Part shown: in pieces, positions 23,801 through 34,100 of the stretch
Numbering within the stretch: the stretch's first letter is position 1
Layout of the letters: every line of letters begins with the position of its first letter
Assembly (NCBI GenBank): GCA_937901285.1
Contig: CALCHI010000240.1
Coordinates: 1-50,999, forward strand
DNA from: an uncultured Planctomycetaceae bacterium
GTDB taxonomy: Bacteria; Planctomycetota; Planctomycetia; Planctomycetales; Planctomycetaceae
Direction of reading: 5' to 3'
Length of the DNA: 50,999 bases
Program-made: the position numbers and the translations under genes
Notes under the pieces: model-generated
What the model saw: the letters and a program-made list of their open reading frames with translations, nothing else
Told to the model about the DNA's origin: nothing
Database searches by the model: none

Positions 23801-24715
23801 TCAGAGACAGTCTCGCAGCTGGATGTGATGCTGCCCCAATTGGCCGCCGTAGTTGCCCGCTCCGATCAACTCGACCCCCTCGCAACCGGTTGCGGTGGCC
23901 AGCCCGACCCGCATGGCCTCGGTGACCGATTCGAGCGTCAGGCCGTCGATGACGATCTCGTAGACGGCTTCGACGGTTTCGGGCAGCACCGAATCGACCT
24001 GCGCTCGCAAGGTCGGACACCACACGTCATTGGTGCTGGCCTTCAGGGCCTTGTACTGAGATCCCACCTTGCTGCCGCTGCGGACCAGTCCTCCGGGAAA
24101 TGGCAGGATGCAGTCGGGCACGCCCCGCATTGCCTCCACGGCGGCCGTTGCGGCCGCCAGCGCCTGGTCTCCGGTGGTGCCGCAGATCAACAGGTTGCCA
24201 CCGGCCACGCCCTTGGTCGATCCGAGACGCTCCTCGCAAAGGAACTCGCCGTCCATCACCGGCACCCGCCACAGTCGGCGGTCGCCGAGTTTCTTGGAGC
24301 CCTGGTAGCCGTCACCGAAGAACCTCAACTGGCCGCCCACGTTGATCCATTTTTCCGGGTCGCCGTCATCCAGGCCGTTGTAACAGGCGGTGGTGGGGCA
24401 GGTGAGCACGCACTGGCCGATCCGGTCGATGACCGCCTGGGCCAGCGCGTCACGGTTGAAGGCGAATATCAAGAGCGATACGCCGGGACGGCCGTCGGGA
24501 GTCTGGTCCGGCTCGAGACGATGCTCGATCGCCGCTTCGGCATTGCAGGCGATCACACTGGTGGCAAAACCGGTCGCCTGGACACCGGCCGTTTCGGCCC
24601 ACTCGGCTGACACGGCCGTCACGATCACTCGCGTTCCGACCATCGTGAAGGCCTCGGCAAACGTGTCGGCAATCGCCACTCCGTTGTGCTCGAAGGTCTC
24701 CATTGCCGTCGTCAT
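23801..24715 (-). CDS. ftr: Formylmethanofuran--tetrahydromethanopterin N-formyltransferase (Ftr/FhcD family)
   Basis: ORF 23801..24808. A start at ATG 24715 or 24703 is likely. Ftr hallmarks are collinear over the full length: IADTFAEAFTMVGTRVIVTA, ATGFATSVIACNAEA, TPDGRPG, LTCPTTACYNGL, MDGEFLCEE, PFPGGLVRSGSKVGS, GAGNYGGQLGQHHIQL. Confidence 0.85.
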   Translation of the reverse strand: MTTAMETFEHNGVAIADTFAEAFTMVGTRVIVTAVSAEWAETAGVQATGFATSVIACNAEAAIEHRLEPDQTPDGRPGVSLLIFAFNRDALAQAVIDRIGQCVLTCPTTACYNGLDDGDPEKWINVGGQLRFFGDGYQGSKKLGDRRLWRVPVMDGEFLCEERLGSTKGVAGGNLLICGTTGDQALAAATAAVEAMRGVPDCILPFPGGLVRSGSKVGSQYKALKASTNDVWCPTLRAQVDSVLPETVEAVYEIVIDGLTLESVTEAMRVGLATATGCEGVELIGAGNYGGQLGQHHIQLRDCL

Positions 24716-24853
24716 CTCCGCGATTGGATTGCTGGCCGGGTGTGAGGGGCCGGAGGATCTCCAGCACCCTTGGCGAGACATGATGAACGATCCCCGGCGG
24801 TTTGTCACCGCCTGCGGCTGCCGTCACGGTGTCTCGGTGGGCCGGGACCACCG

Positions 24854-26344
24854 CTAGGCGATGATCTCGCGGATTGGCTGGCCGTAGTCGATCTCGAGTC
24901 GCTTGTGACCTGGGACCTCGAGCGTCTTGGGATCCAGGCCCAACTGGTGCAGGACGGTGGCGTGGAGGTCGGTGACGTAGTGGCGGTTCTCGACGGCGTG
25001 GAAGCCGACCTCGTCGGTGGCACCGTGAACCATGCCTCCCTTGATGCCTCCGCCGGCCAGCCAGACCGAAAAGCCGTAGGGGTGATGGTCGCGGCCGTCG
25101 GAATTCTCGGCTCCGGGAGTCCGACCGAATTCGGTGCCCCACACGACCAGTGTCTCGTCGAGCAGCCCTCGCTGTTTCAGGTCCTTGAGCAACCCGGCGA
25201 TCGGCTGATCGGTCTGGCCGATGTTCGACGAGTGATTGGCGATGAGCTTGCTGTGGGCGTCCCAGCCGTTGTGATAGAGCTGGACGAAGCGGACCCCGCG
25301 TTCCACGAACCGGCGAGCCATCAGGCACTGCTGGCCGAACGTCTTCGTGGTGCCCTTGTCGAGCCCGTACAGCGAATGCGTGGCCTTGGTTTCGCCGTCG
25401 AGTGTTATCGCCTCCGGCACGGCCATCTGCATGCGGTAAGCCAGTTCGTACGACTTGACCCTCGCCCGCATCGACTTGTCACCGGGGTACTCGATTGCCG
25501 CCAGCCGGTTGAGTTGCTTGAGCAGCCCCATCTGGTCCTCGCGTTCCTCCCGGAAGACCGATTCTCCGGGTGTGCCGAACGGCAGCGGGTTCCCCGGATT
25601 GATCCGCATCCTGACACCGGCGTGTTCGGGGCCCAGGTAGTCGGCCCCGTGTGCGCCAACTCCGCCGCAGCAGTCACCCGGCGGGCTGCCCAGCACGATG
25701 AAACGGGGCAGGTTGCGATTGAGAGTGCCCAGGCCGTAATGGACCCACGATCCGACCGAGGGATAGAAACCGTCGAAGATGTGTCGACCGGTGTGAAACT
25801 GCAGCTGTGCGGCATGGTCGTTGTCGGTGGTCCACATCGAACGGACCACGCTGATGTCGTCGACACAGGTCGAGAGATGGGGCCACCAGTCGCTGACCTC
25901 CATGCCGCATTTGCCACGCTTCCGGTAGCCAATCTGCAGCGGGTACAGCTTGTTCATCAACTTGCGGGGTGTGCCGGCGAAGTCGCGAACGTTCTTGCGG
26001 TAGAACGGGGAATTCAGCACCCGGTCGTTGTAGGGACTCTCGTCAATCGTCAGCCCGGCGTACTTGTTGAGTGCGGGCTTGGGATCGAATGATTCGAGGT
26101 GGCTGGTGCCACCGACCATGAACAGCCAGATCACGCTCTTGGCTTTCGGGGCCAGCGTCGCCAGTCCGTCAGGTGGCAACCACGAACCGGTTTCGGCTGC
26201 AGAGGCGGTGCGGCTGACACCGTCCTCGGCCAGCATGGCCCCCAGGGCCAGGCCGGTGAAGCCCATGCCGGCATCGGCCAGAAACGTGCGCCGCTGTAGC
26301 CGGCCGCAGGGGGTGGTCGGAGTCGATGTCGGGCGGAGTGTCAT
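24854..26344 (-). CDS. DUF1501 domain-containing protein (sulfatase-fold, Tat signal)
   Basis: 496 aa. Twin-arginine leader LQRRTFLADAGMGFTGLALG. DUF1501 hallmarks SVIWLFMVGGTSHLESFDPKP, WGTEFGRTP, GRDHHPYGFSVWLAGGGIKGG. Confidence 0.9.
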   Translation of the reverse strand: MTLRPTSTPTTPCGRLQRRTFLADAGMGFTGLALGAMLAEDGVSRTASAAETGSWLPPDGLATLAPKAKSVIWLFMVGGTSHLESFDPKPALNKYAGLTIDESPYNDRVLNSPFYRKNVRDFAGTPRKLMNKLYPLQIGYRKRGKCGMEVSDWWPHLSTCVDDISVVRSMWTTDNDHAAQLQFHTGRHIFDGFYPSVGSWVHYGLGTLNRNLPRFIVLGSPPGDCCGGVGAHGADYLGPEHAGVRMRINPGNPLPFGTPGESVFREEREDQMGLLKQLNRLAAIEYPGDKSMRARVKSYELAYRMQMAVPEAITLDGETKATHSLYGLDKGTTKTFGQQCLMARRFVERGVRFVQLYHNGWDAHSKLIANHSSNIGQTDQPIAGLLKDLKQRGLLDETLVVWGTEFGRTPGAENSDGRDHHPYGFSVWLAGGGIKGGMVHGATDEVGFHAVENRHYVTDLHATVLHQLGLDPKTLEVPGHKRLEIDYGQPIREIIA

Positions 26345-26366
26345 GGGGAAATCCGGGGATGAAGAG

Positions 26367-29300
26367 CTAACGGATCGTGACGAAATCGTTGTGGCTGATC
26401 AGCACGTGGACCAGGTTCTCCAGGGCCCGTGAGAACGGGTCGGCCGAGGCGGGCACCACCGTCCCGCTGCTGGCCGGGAAGGTGTTCAGTGTCTTGGTGT
26501 CGGAAAGCAGCCGGGCGTTGCGAGAGAGAAAGACCCGGCAGGCGGTGTGTTCGTCGGGACGGGGGCCGCGTCCGAGCACCGACTCGAACGCGGCGGTGAC
26601 GAAGTCGGCGGCAATCGAGTCGCGGTTGGCGTCGGTGGCCGGCCCAAGCCGAACGCTGATCTCCGCAGCCAGTCGACGAGCCAGTCGCCGTGACCGGTCC
26701 AGGGCCAGGGGGCTGTTGGTCAGCACCAGTGCCTGCTGAGGCACGACACTCTGCTGGCGGTCGTAGCATTCGTTGGGGTTGGCCAGGTCAAACAGTTCGA
26801 GCATCAACATCTTGTTGTCGGGTGTCGTACGGAAGTAGAGGCTGCGTCGAGGTGAACTCTGGCCCTGCGCCTCGGGGATGTCGGGACCGCTGAAGGCCGG
26901 GTCGAGTGTGTCGGAGATGGCGAGCAGGCTGTCGCGAACCACCTCGGCTTCCATTCGCCGTGAGTTCATCCGCCACAGCAGGTGATTGTCGGGATCGCTG
27001 GTCTTCTGGGCCGTCCAGGTCTTGTCGGTGTCCGGTCCGGGCGAGGAGGTCATGCGATAGGTCGCTGAGGTGACGATCAGCCGGTGGATGTGCTTCATGT
27101 CCCAGCCCGACTCGATCAGTTCGGCCGCGAGCCAGTCCATCAGGAGCGGAAAGTCCCGGGGCCGGCTGCGGAGACCGAAGTCGGCCACGGTGTTGACGAA
27201 ACTCGTGCCGGTGTGCCGTAGCCAGATCTGGTTGATCGCGACGCGGGCGGTTCTCGGGTTGTTCCTGGCGGTCATCCAGCGAGCCAGAGCGGTGCGGCGA
27301 CCGGTGCTCTTGGTCGGGTAGGCCGGAGGGAACTTCGTGTAGGATCCGTCGGCGGCGTCGCGGTGAGCCGTGGCCTGGCTGACGGTTTTCCTGGCCTTGC
27401 CGATCGCCTGCGGGTCCGGCTTGGCCGCGGTCTGGGCTGTTGCCAGCTTGACCTGCGCCTGGGCGACGGCGATGTGTCGCTCGGCCCGGCTGGCAGTCAT
27501 TGCCAACGCCGAGCGGTTGTCGTTGTCGGGCTGGTGCTGAGCCCGTTCGGCCCCGATCCTTGCGGCCAACGAGTCGCGATTGGCCCGTGCCAGGGTGGCC
27601 TCAGCCCGCTTGACGGGCAGGTCGGTTCTGGCACGAGCGAGTGTCTGTTCCATGCGTTTGACGGTCGGTCGGAGGGCACGGATCTCCAACTCGTCAAACT
27701 CGGCATGGGCCTGGTGGGCCCAAAGCGCGAATCGTCCCTCGCGGCGTTCGAGCGGCAGCCGGTACTCGAGCACGGTCTTGCCGTCGAGCACGATGGTCAA
27801 CCGGCGATCGACGACGGTCACCTCGATCACGACGTCCTGGCCGACTTTCAGGCCAGGAGCTTTGCGGATGCCGGCGGCCGGGTAATGCTCCTTTCCGCCG
27901 GTGCGGTGGAACGCCTGGACGCCGGGGATCGGGGTCAGGGGATTGATCGCGGTGTAGACATCCTGGGACTCGGTCGGCCCAACGTAATCGAAGCTGAATC
28001 CGATCGAGCGGGGGCTTCCCAGTTTCATGTGGCGGTACTTCATTCGCACACGGAAGTTCCGCGGGTGCTTCTTGTCGAGGAGCAGGGTGCGGAAACGGCC
28101 AATCGTGGTCTGTGACAGCGTGCCGTTCTTTGCGGTCCACGTGCCCGAGAGGACTTTCCAGTGCTTGGGGTCGAGCGTGTCAAAGGTGTCCGAGAAGAAG
28201 GGCACCGATCCGGTGTCGGCCGATCGTTTCTTGGTCCGTGCGGCTTTCAGTTCTCGCGTCGTCTTGGTGATGGTCTTTCGCAGTCCGGCTACGATCTTCT
28301 CGGCCGCGACAACCTTGTCGGTTTCGACTTTCAATTGCCGGGCGGCTTCGGCCGGACGCAACACGGGGATGTAGGCCACCGGAGGCAGCTGGATGGCCGG
28401 GATGGGTTGGGCATTGAACCGCTTGCCACCCAGCGAGAGCGGGACGCCTGGTGAGAGGGGGTTGGACTTGTCGGGATTGCGGTCATCGCCCCGGATGAAG
28501 AGATAGGTCTTCACTTCGGGTTTTTCGTCGAACACCCGGGGCAGGCCGTCCGAGAGCACCGTGGACTTGCGATTGTCGATCTCGGTTTTCACGTCCGCGG
28601 CGACCACCTCGGTGCGGAATCCGTGTGGCTCGAAAAACGCCCGGAACCGGTAATACTCTTCCTGCGTGACCGGGTCGAACTTGTGATCGTGGCAACGGGC
28701 ACAGCGGAAGGCGAGTCCGAGCAGGCCCTGGCTGGTTCGTTCGACGGTTTCAAACAGCCAGGTGTTACGGTCGAACTTGTACCAGTTGCGACCCAGGAAG
28801 CCGGTGGCCCGCAGTGCCTGGTCGTCTCCGGGTGCCAGTTCGTCGGCTGCCAGCATCTCGTGCAGCATCCGGTCGTAGCCCTTGTTGGCGTTGATCGACT
28901 CGATGATCCAGTCTCGCCATCGCCAGATGTGTCGCTGGCTGTAACGAATCTCGTTGCTCCCGCGGCGGCCGTACCAGTCGCTGTACCGCCAGACGTCCAT
29001 CCAGTGGCGTCCCCACCGCTGGCCATGAAGCGGGCTGTCGAGCAGCCTCTCGACGAGTCGTTCGTAGGCACCGGGGCCGGTGTCGGCGAGAAATCCTCGC
29101 AGCTGACTCCGGGTGGGCGGAACGCCGGTGAGGTCGATCACCACACGTCGCAGCAACGTGGCCCGGTCACTTTCCGGACGGGGTCGAAGCCCGGTCGCGG
29201 CGTGTCGTGCGGCCACGAAGGCATCGACGGGATTGCGGACCCAGGCGGTCCGTGCGGTGTTTTGAGCCGATTTGGTGTTTCGAAAGTCCGGAATGTCCGG

Positions 29301-29774
29301 TCGGCGGATTGGCGTGAATGACCAGTGGGAGAGAGGATTGGCCGGGGGCTGTTCGGTTTCCGGTGACTTGGCTCCCTGGGAGATCCAGGCCTTGATGGTG
29401 GCGAGTTCTGCAGCCGACAGCGGTTTTCCCTCCGGCGGCATCCGGCCGGGCAACTTGGCGGTGACCTTCTGCCACAGCCGGCTCCTGTCGGGACGGCCCG
29501 CGACGATGACCGGGCCATCGTCGCTCCCCTTGCGAATCAACTGGGAGGCGTCCAGCCGCAGGCCGGCTTCCTGCTTGAGTGCTCCGTGACAGGCCCAGCA
29601 GTGCTTGCCGAGGATCGTCCTGACCTGCAGTTGGTAGTCGATGGACGGCTCGGTGGCGTGGGCCGACCGATGCGGTCCGGCCAGGACGAAAAACAATACG
29701 ATCGGCAGAAAACGAATCACAGGGAGTCCCGTAGCCTGTCGGATGTCGAGTCGTTTCGTCTGGTAAGACGACAC
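26367..29774 (-). CDS. PSCyt1/DUF1549(PSCyt2)/DUF1553(PSD1) multidomain protein
   Basis: 1135 aa. Signal peptide. Planctomycete cytochrome-c-like CWACHG motif with LRLD. DUF1549-type region (DRATLLRRVVIDLTGVPPT, GQRWGRHWMDVWRYSD). An inserted jelly-roll-like module (FFSDTFDTLDPKHWKVLSGTWTAKNG). C-terminal DUF1553-type region (RRSLYF, QALVLTNSP). Sits 22 nt upstream of its DUF1501 partner. Confidence 0.9.
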   Translation of the reverse strand: MSSYQTKRLDIRQATGLPVIRFLPIVLFFVLAGPHRSAHATEPSIDYQLQVRTILGKHCWACHGALKQEAGLRLDASQLIRKGSDDGPVIVAGRPDRSRLWQKVTAKLPGRMPPEGKPLSAAELATIKAWISQGAKSPETEQPPANPLSHWSFTPIRRPDIPDFRNTKSAQNTARTAWVRNPVDAFVAARHAATGLRPRPESDRATLLRRVVIDLTGVPPTRSQLRGFLADTGPGAYERLVERLLDSPLHGQRWGRHWMDVWRYSDWYGRRGSNEIRYSQRHIWRWRDWIIESINANKGYDRMLHEMLAADELAPGDDQALRATGFLGRNWYKFDRNTWLFETVERTSQGLLGLAFRCARCHDHKFDPVTQEEYYRFRAFFEPHGFRTEVVAADVKTEIDNRKSTVLSDGLPRVFDEKPEVKTYLFIRGDDRNPDKSNPLSPGVPLSLGGKRFNAQPIPAIQLPPVAYIPVLRPAEAARQLKVETDKVVAAEKIVAGLRKTITKTTRELKAARTKKRSADTGSVPFFSDTFDTLDPKHWKVLSGTWTAKNGTLSQTTIGRFRTLLLDKKHPRNFRVRMKYRHMKLGSPRSIGFSFDYVGPTESQDVYTAINPLTPIPGVQAFHRTGGKEHYPAAGIRKAPGLKVGQDVVIEVTVVDRRLTIVLDGKTVLEYRLPLERREGRFALWAHQAHAEFDELEIRALRPTVKRMEQTLARARTDLPVKRAEATLARANRDSLAARIGAERAQHQPDNDNRSALAMTASRAERHIAVAQAQVKLATAQTAAKPDPQAIGKARKTVSQATAHRDAADGSYTKFPPAYPTKSTGRRTALARWMTARNNPRTARVAINQIWLRHTGTSFVNTVADFGLRSRPRDFPLLMDWLAAELIESGWDMKHIHRLIVTSATYRMTSSPGPDTDKTWTAQKTSDPDNHLLWRMNSRRMEAEVVRDSLLAISDTLDPAFSGPDIPEAQGQSSPRRSLYFRTTPDNKMLMLELFDLANPNECYDRQQSVVPQQALVLTNSPLALDRSRRLARRLAAEISVRLGPATDANRDSIAADFVTAAFESVLGRGPRPDEHTACRVFLSRNARLLSDTKTLNTFPASSGTVVPASADPFSRALENLVHVLISHNDFVTIR

Positions 29775-29886
29775 GGGTCACGCGAAGGGTTTCTCGGAAC
29801 CCCCTTTGTAGCCCCGTCGATCGTGGACGGTCAATCGGCCTCGGGGATACACTGTCTTCCAGGTAACAGGCACTGTTTGACTGGGG

Positions 29887-30807
29887 ATGATCGTGCGATT
29901 CGCGTTGTTGATTGCGTTGGTGGTGTTGCCGGGAATCGGCTGGGCCGAAGAGCCCGTCTTTCCCAGGGAACTGGTCTCGTTTGTCCCGTCTGGTCCGAAG
30001 CCGGTCTTCGTGGCCGGAGGAGAGGGCCGCTGGGACGTGAAGATCCGGGAACGGGGCTTCATCCTGAGGGAAGGCCCTCGCTGGCACATGTGGTTCACCG
30101 GATACGACGGGACCCGGCCGGGCCTGAAGATGCTCGGTTACGCCAGCAGTCGCGACGGCGTCAGTTGGACACGCCACAAGACCAACCCTGTCTACAAGGC
30201 CCATTGGGTTGAGGACATGATGGTGGTCAAACAGGGGGCGGTGTATTTCATGTTCGCCGAGGGTCGTGGTGACGTGGCCCATCTGCTGGTCTCGACCGAC
30301 GGAATCGGCTGGACCCGACGCGGTCCGCTCGACGTGCGGTTGGCCAACGGAAAAAAGATTCCCGCGGGTCCATACGGGACGCCGACCGGTTACTACGAGA
30401 ACGGCAGGTGGTACCTCTTTTACGAACGGCGTGATGCGGGGATCTGGCTGGCCACCTCCCGCGACATGCTGACCTGGACCAACATCAGCGACGATCCGGT
30501 GCTGAAACCGGGACCGGGCCTGTACGACCGTGACATGGTGGCGCTCAACCAGGTGATCAAGTACAAGGGCCGCTACTACGCGTCATTCCACGGAGCGGCC
30601 AAGGGTGAGGAGACTCCCACGCTGTGGTCATCGGGCGTGGCCGTTTCCGACGATCTGAAATCCTGGACCAAGTTCCCCGGGAATCCGTTGAGGCCGCGGA
30701 AGGAGAACAAGTCCAGCGGGGTGTACGTTTGGGACGGGTCGCGGTTCGTGTTCTACACGATGCACGGTGCCGTGCATCGTCACCTGCCCGGTGGTAAGAA
30801 GCGGTAG
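29887..30807 (+). CDS. Secreted five-bladed beta-propeller glycoside-hydrolase-like protein (GH43/GH130-type fold)
   Basis: 306 aa. Signal peptide MIVRFALLIALVVLPGIGWA. Repeated blade motifs: SSRDGVSWTR, VSTDGIGWTR, TSRDMLTWTN, VSDDLKSWTK. The family assignment is approximate. Confidence 0.55.
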   Translation: MIVRFALLIALVVLPGIGWAEEPVFPRELVSFVPSGPKPVFVAGGEGRWDVKIRERGFILREGPRWHMWFTGYDGTRPGLKMLGYASSRDGVSWTRHKTNPVYKAHWVEDMMVVKQGAVYFMFAEGRGDVAHLLVSTDGIGWTRRGPLDVRLANGKKIPAGPYGTPTGYYENGRWYLFYERRDAGIWLATSRDMLTWTNISDDPVLKPGPGLYDRDMVALNQVIKYKGRYYASFHGAAKGEETPTLWSSGVAVSDDLKSWTKFPGNPLRPRKENKSSGVYVWDGSRFVFYTMHGAVHRHLPGGKKR

Positions 30808-30811
30808 CGGG

Positions 30812-31096
30812 ATGGAACACAACGAGAATCTCCAGGTCGACGATCGGCCCGTCTCCAGCGACGACCCGCGGCAGCGTCCGCGGCGGTCGATCTGGCTGAT
30901 TGTCACCGCGGCGATCATCGTGCTGGTCGTCTACCCGCTCAGCTACGGACCGGTGCAGTACCAGATCAGCATGGGCCATCTGATTCCGCTGTGGGGCGTC
31001 TTCGACGTGATTTACGCTCCGATCGAATGGTTCGCCAATTCGTCGGAGTTCGGCGAGGACGTGGTGGACTGGTACCTGGGAGTGTGGGGGGCGTAG
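30812..31096 (+). CDS. Small hypothetical membrane protein
   Basis: ORF 30767..31096. I prefer ATG at 30812 (MEHNENLQ...). One TM helix (IWLIVTAAIIVLVVYPL). GC3-rich codons. Confidence 0.5.
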   Translation: MEHNENLQVDDRPVSSDDPRQRPRRSIWLIVTAAIIVLVVYPLSYGPVQYQISMGHLIPLWGVFDVIYAPIEWFANSSEFGEDVVDWYLGVWGA

Positions 31097-31101
31097 CCGG
31101 C

Positions 31102-34100
31102 CTACTTTCCGGTCACGAACCGGGCGTTGGCGGTGGTGGTTTCGTCGATGGTCAGCCCAAGCGGGCGGGTTCTGGTACCGCGGTCGACGGTGATGGTCAG
31201 GCGGTGCCGGCCCTTGGCCAGGTCGAGGGTGGTGACCTGTTCGAGCGTCAGCGGTCTGGTACCGATCCAGGCGGCCAGGCCCGTGCTGTCGCCGACGGCG
31301 ATTGCGACGTCGCCGGCTGCGATCACTTCGATCTCGCACCGCACGACGCTCACCTGCCGATTCCGCACCGTCAACTGTGGCAGGTCCTTCAGCGGCAGCG
31401 TTCCGCCGACGGTGGCGTAACCGGGCGTCCATGTGAAGGCGGCATCGTCGGAGGCCGCCTGCCCGTCCCGGGTTCGTCCGAGCCGGAACCTTGCCGGTTG
31501 GGTGTCGGCCAACACCCGCCAGCGGCGTGCGGTCGGCTTCCGGCTGGCCGCGTACGGACCCGGCTTGCCCAGTGACGAGAGGAATCGGACCAGGTCGATC
31601 AACTCGGCCCGGGTCACGTTTTCGGTCAGCCCCGCCGGCATCAGTGATGTTCCGACCACCTGCTCTTCTATCGATTTCCTGGGGACGGAAATTTCGCGGT
31701 CGTTGGCGTCCCTGAGGACGAGTTCGTTGTTGGTCTGTCGCAGCTTGATCCCGGTGACCACCTTGCCCTGCCTGGTGACAACGACCAGCGAGTGGTAGTT
31801 CTCCTTGACCTTGCTGTTCGGATCCAGCAGCGAGTTGGCGATGTAGTCGACCGGGGCACTGGCTCCGAGGCTGACCAGGTCGGGACCGACTCGTCCACCG
31901 GCACCTCCGATGGCGTGGCAGGCCAGGCACCCGAGTTGTTTTCGGCGATAAATCTCCTCGCCCCGCTGGGCGTTTCCGCGGCTGCCGACTTCGGCCACCA
32001 GCGTTTTCATCTGTTCGGGCGAGAGCCTGGTGGGGCCGGTCGTCAGTTGTCCGGCGGTCCGGGCTGCGGCCACCAGTTTTGGCAGTTTCCGGCCCGAGGC
32101 ATCGATCGTCCGCAGGATCAACTTGGCGTGGTCGGGGGCCAGCGTCTTGCCGGCCAGGGACTTGCTCAGCAGTCCCGGCCCATCCTTGCGGGCCAGGAAG
32201 GCTTCGACGACAGCCGACGGGTCACCCCGGGTTGGCGACTTGGCCAGGACCCCAGGCAGCCGGCCGGCTGCGTCGCCGGGATCGAGAGTGACCAGGGCGG
32301 CCAGGGCCTGCAGGCGGGCCAACGGTGTCGGCAGTTTGTCTGTCAGGTCGGCCAGTTGCTTGCGGCTCGTGTCACCACCCAGGGCCGACAGCCCGTCCAA
32401 CGCGGTACCGCGGAGATCCTCTGAGGTGTCGGCTCCCGCGGCGAGTGACCGCAGGGAGGGCCTCAGCGATTCGAGCTTCCAGAGTCCGGCGCAGCGGACG
32501 GCAGCCCGTTGCACCGCCAGCGAGTCGGACGCGAACAGCGGCCTGATGCCATCGAGTGCTCCCGACGGTTTGACCCGCCGCGTGGCGGCGGTGCGAGCAA
32601 GCGCGTCGAGCAGGTTGGCCGCCTGCGAGGTGGAGGTCCCGGCGTCCAGGGCCATGTCCAGGGCGATCCGGAGCTGTCCGGGTCCGCCCAGGTCGGCCAG
32701 CAGTGCCACCGCGCGGTTGCGGTCGGAGTCGGACAGTTCACCGCGGCCCAGCAGTTCGAGCACCGCGGGGACGACCGCCGCGTTTCGGATGCTGGAAAAG
32801 ACGAACAGCCGTCCCGCGTCATCGAGCCCCTCGTGGAGACGGTGGTTGCCGTTCTTGAGACCATCCAGCCAGTCCGAGCGTTGCTCCCAGGCGGTCAGCC
32901 ATAACGCGTAGTCCAGTGGCGTGTCGCGGTCCATCGGCAGCGCGGCCATCGCCAACGGCAGCACATCGCGGCCACGGCGTGCGATGGCACGAACCGCTTC
33001 GAGACGGACGCGGGGATGGGGATCCCGAACCCGGGCGGCCAGGGTGGTCTCGCCCAACTCGGTCCAGTAGGCCGCCACGCGGCACGCGGCAGCCCGCACC
33101 CGGGGGTCGGTGGCCGTGAGCAGTTGCTCGAGCAGTTGCGGGGCGGGGGCGTTGAGGGCCTGGCAAGTCCAGAGAATCTCCAGCGCCGTGGATTCGCCCC
33201 GGGGCGTGGTGTTGCCGGCGGGGCCGAGTTCCGCCAGGCGGTCGGCCAGGACCTGGAGGATCTGAGGCCGGTTTTCCCGGGGCCGTTCCTGCAGCACACG
33301 TCGCGAGTGACGGCGAATCCAGAGTTCCGGGGCCGAGAGGTTTTTGACCAGTTGGGTGACGGGGGCCTTTGGCAGGTTCTGACGCTTGACCAGTGGGCGG
33401 CCCTTGGCCGTCACCCGCCAGATCCGGCCGTGGACATGGTCGCGGCGAGGGTCACGGAAATCGACCTCGCCATGCTGGATGATCGGGTTGTACCAGTCGG
33501 CGATGTAGATCGCTCCGTCGGGGCCCATCTTGATGTCGATCGGGCGGAAGGCGACGTGCTTGGTGCGAATCACGTCGGGCATCAGCTTGGCCTGGTAGCT
33601 CGAACCGCTTTCGGTCACCTTGAACCGGCAGACGCGGTTGGCCCGGAAATCGTTGGTCAGCAGGTCGCCCCGCCAGTCCTCGGGCAGGTGTGTTCCGCTG
33701 AGGATTTCCAGGCCGCAGTACTTCGGACTGCCGGGATTGAGCCCCCGCAGGATCCGTGGCACACCGATGGCGGTGACGTAGGCAGCGCCCGGGACCAGAT
33801 GGTTGATTCCCTCGCCGCCGGCCCCGTCGGTCACGAACGACTGTCCGAAGCGATCGTGGTGGTGCCCCCAGCTGTTGACCCATCCGCGGGCGAGAATCTC
33901 CAGCCTCATTGTCTCGGGATGGAATCGCCAGATGCCGCCGGCGTTCAGACGGCGAATCCCCCAGGGGGTCTCGATGTGGCTGTGAATGTAGATCGACTGG
34001 TTGAGGTACAGCCGTCCGTCGGGACCCCAGCGGAGCGTGTGCAAAATGTGGTGGGTGTCCTCGGTGCCGAAACCGGAGAGGACAACTCGCGAGGTGTCGG

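Noticed and set aside
23540-26092. Plus-strand ORFs 23540..24610 (356 aa) and 24770..26092 (440 aa), and minus-strand ORF 24450..25328 (292 aa)
   Set aside because: The plus-strand ORFs are antisense to ftr and DUF1501. ORF 24450..25328 is an off-frame, Arg/Pro-rich overlap of those genes. The real genes carry full-length family signatures.
29167-31930. Minus-strand ORFs 29167..30282 (371 aa) and 30557..31930 (457 aa)
   Set aside because: Both are extremely Arg/Pro/Gly-rich. They overlap real genes off-frame or antisense (the PSCyt giant, the beta-propeller hydrolase-like gene, the dehydrogenase-domain gene).
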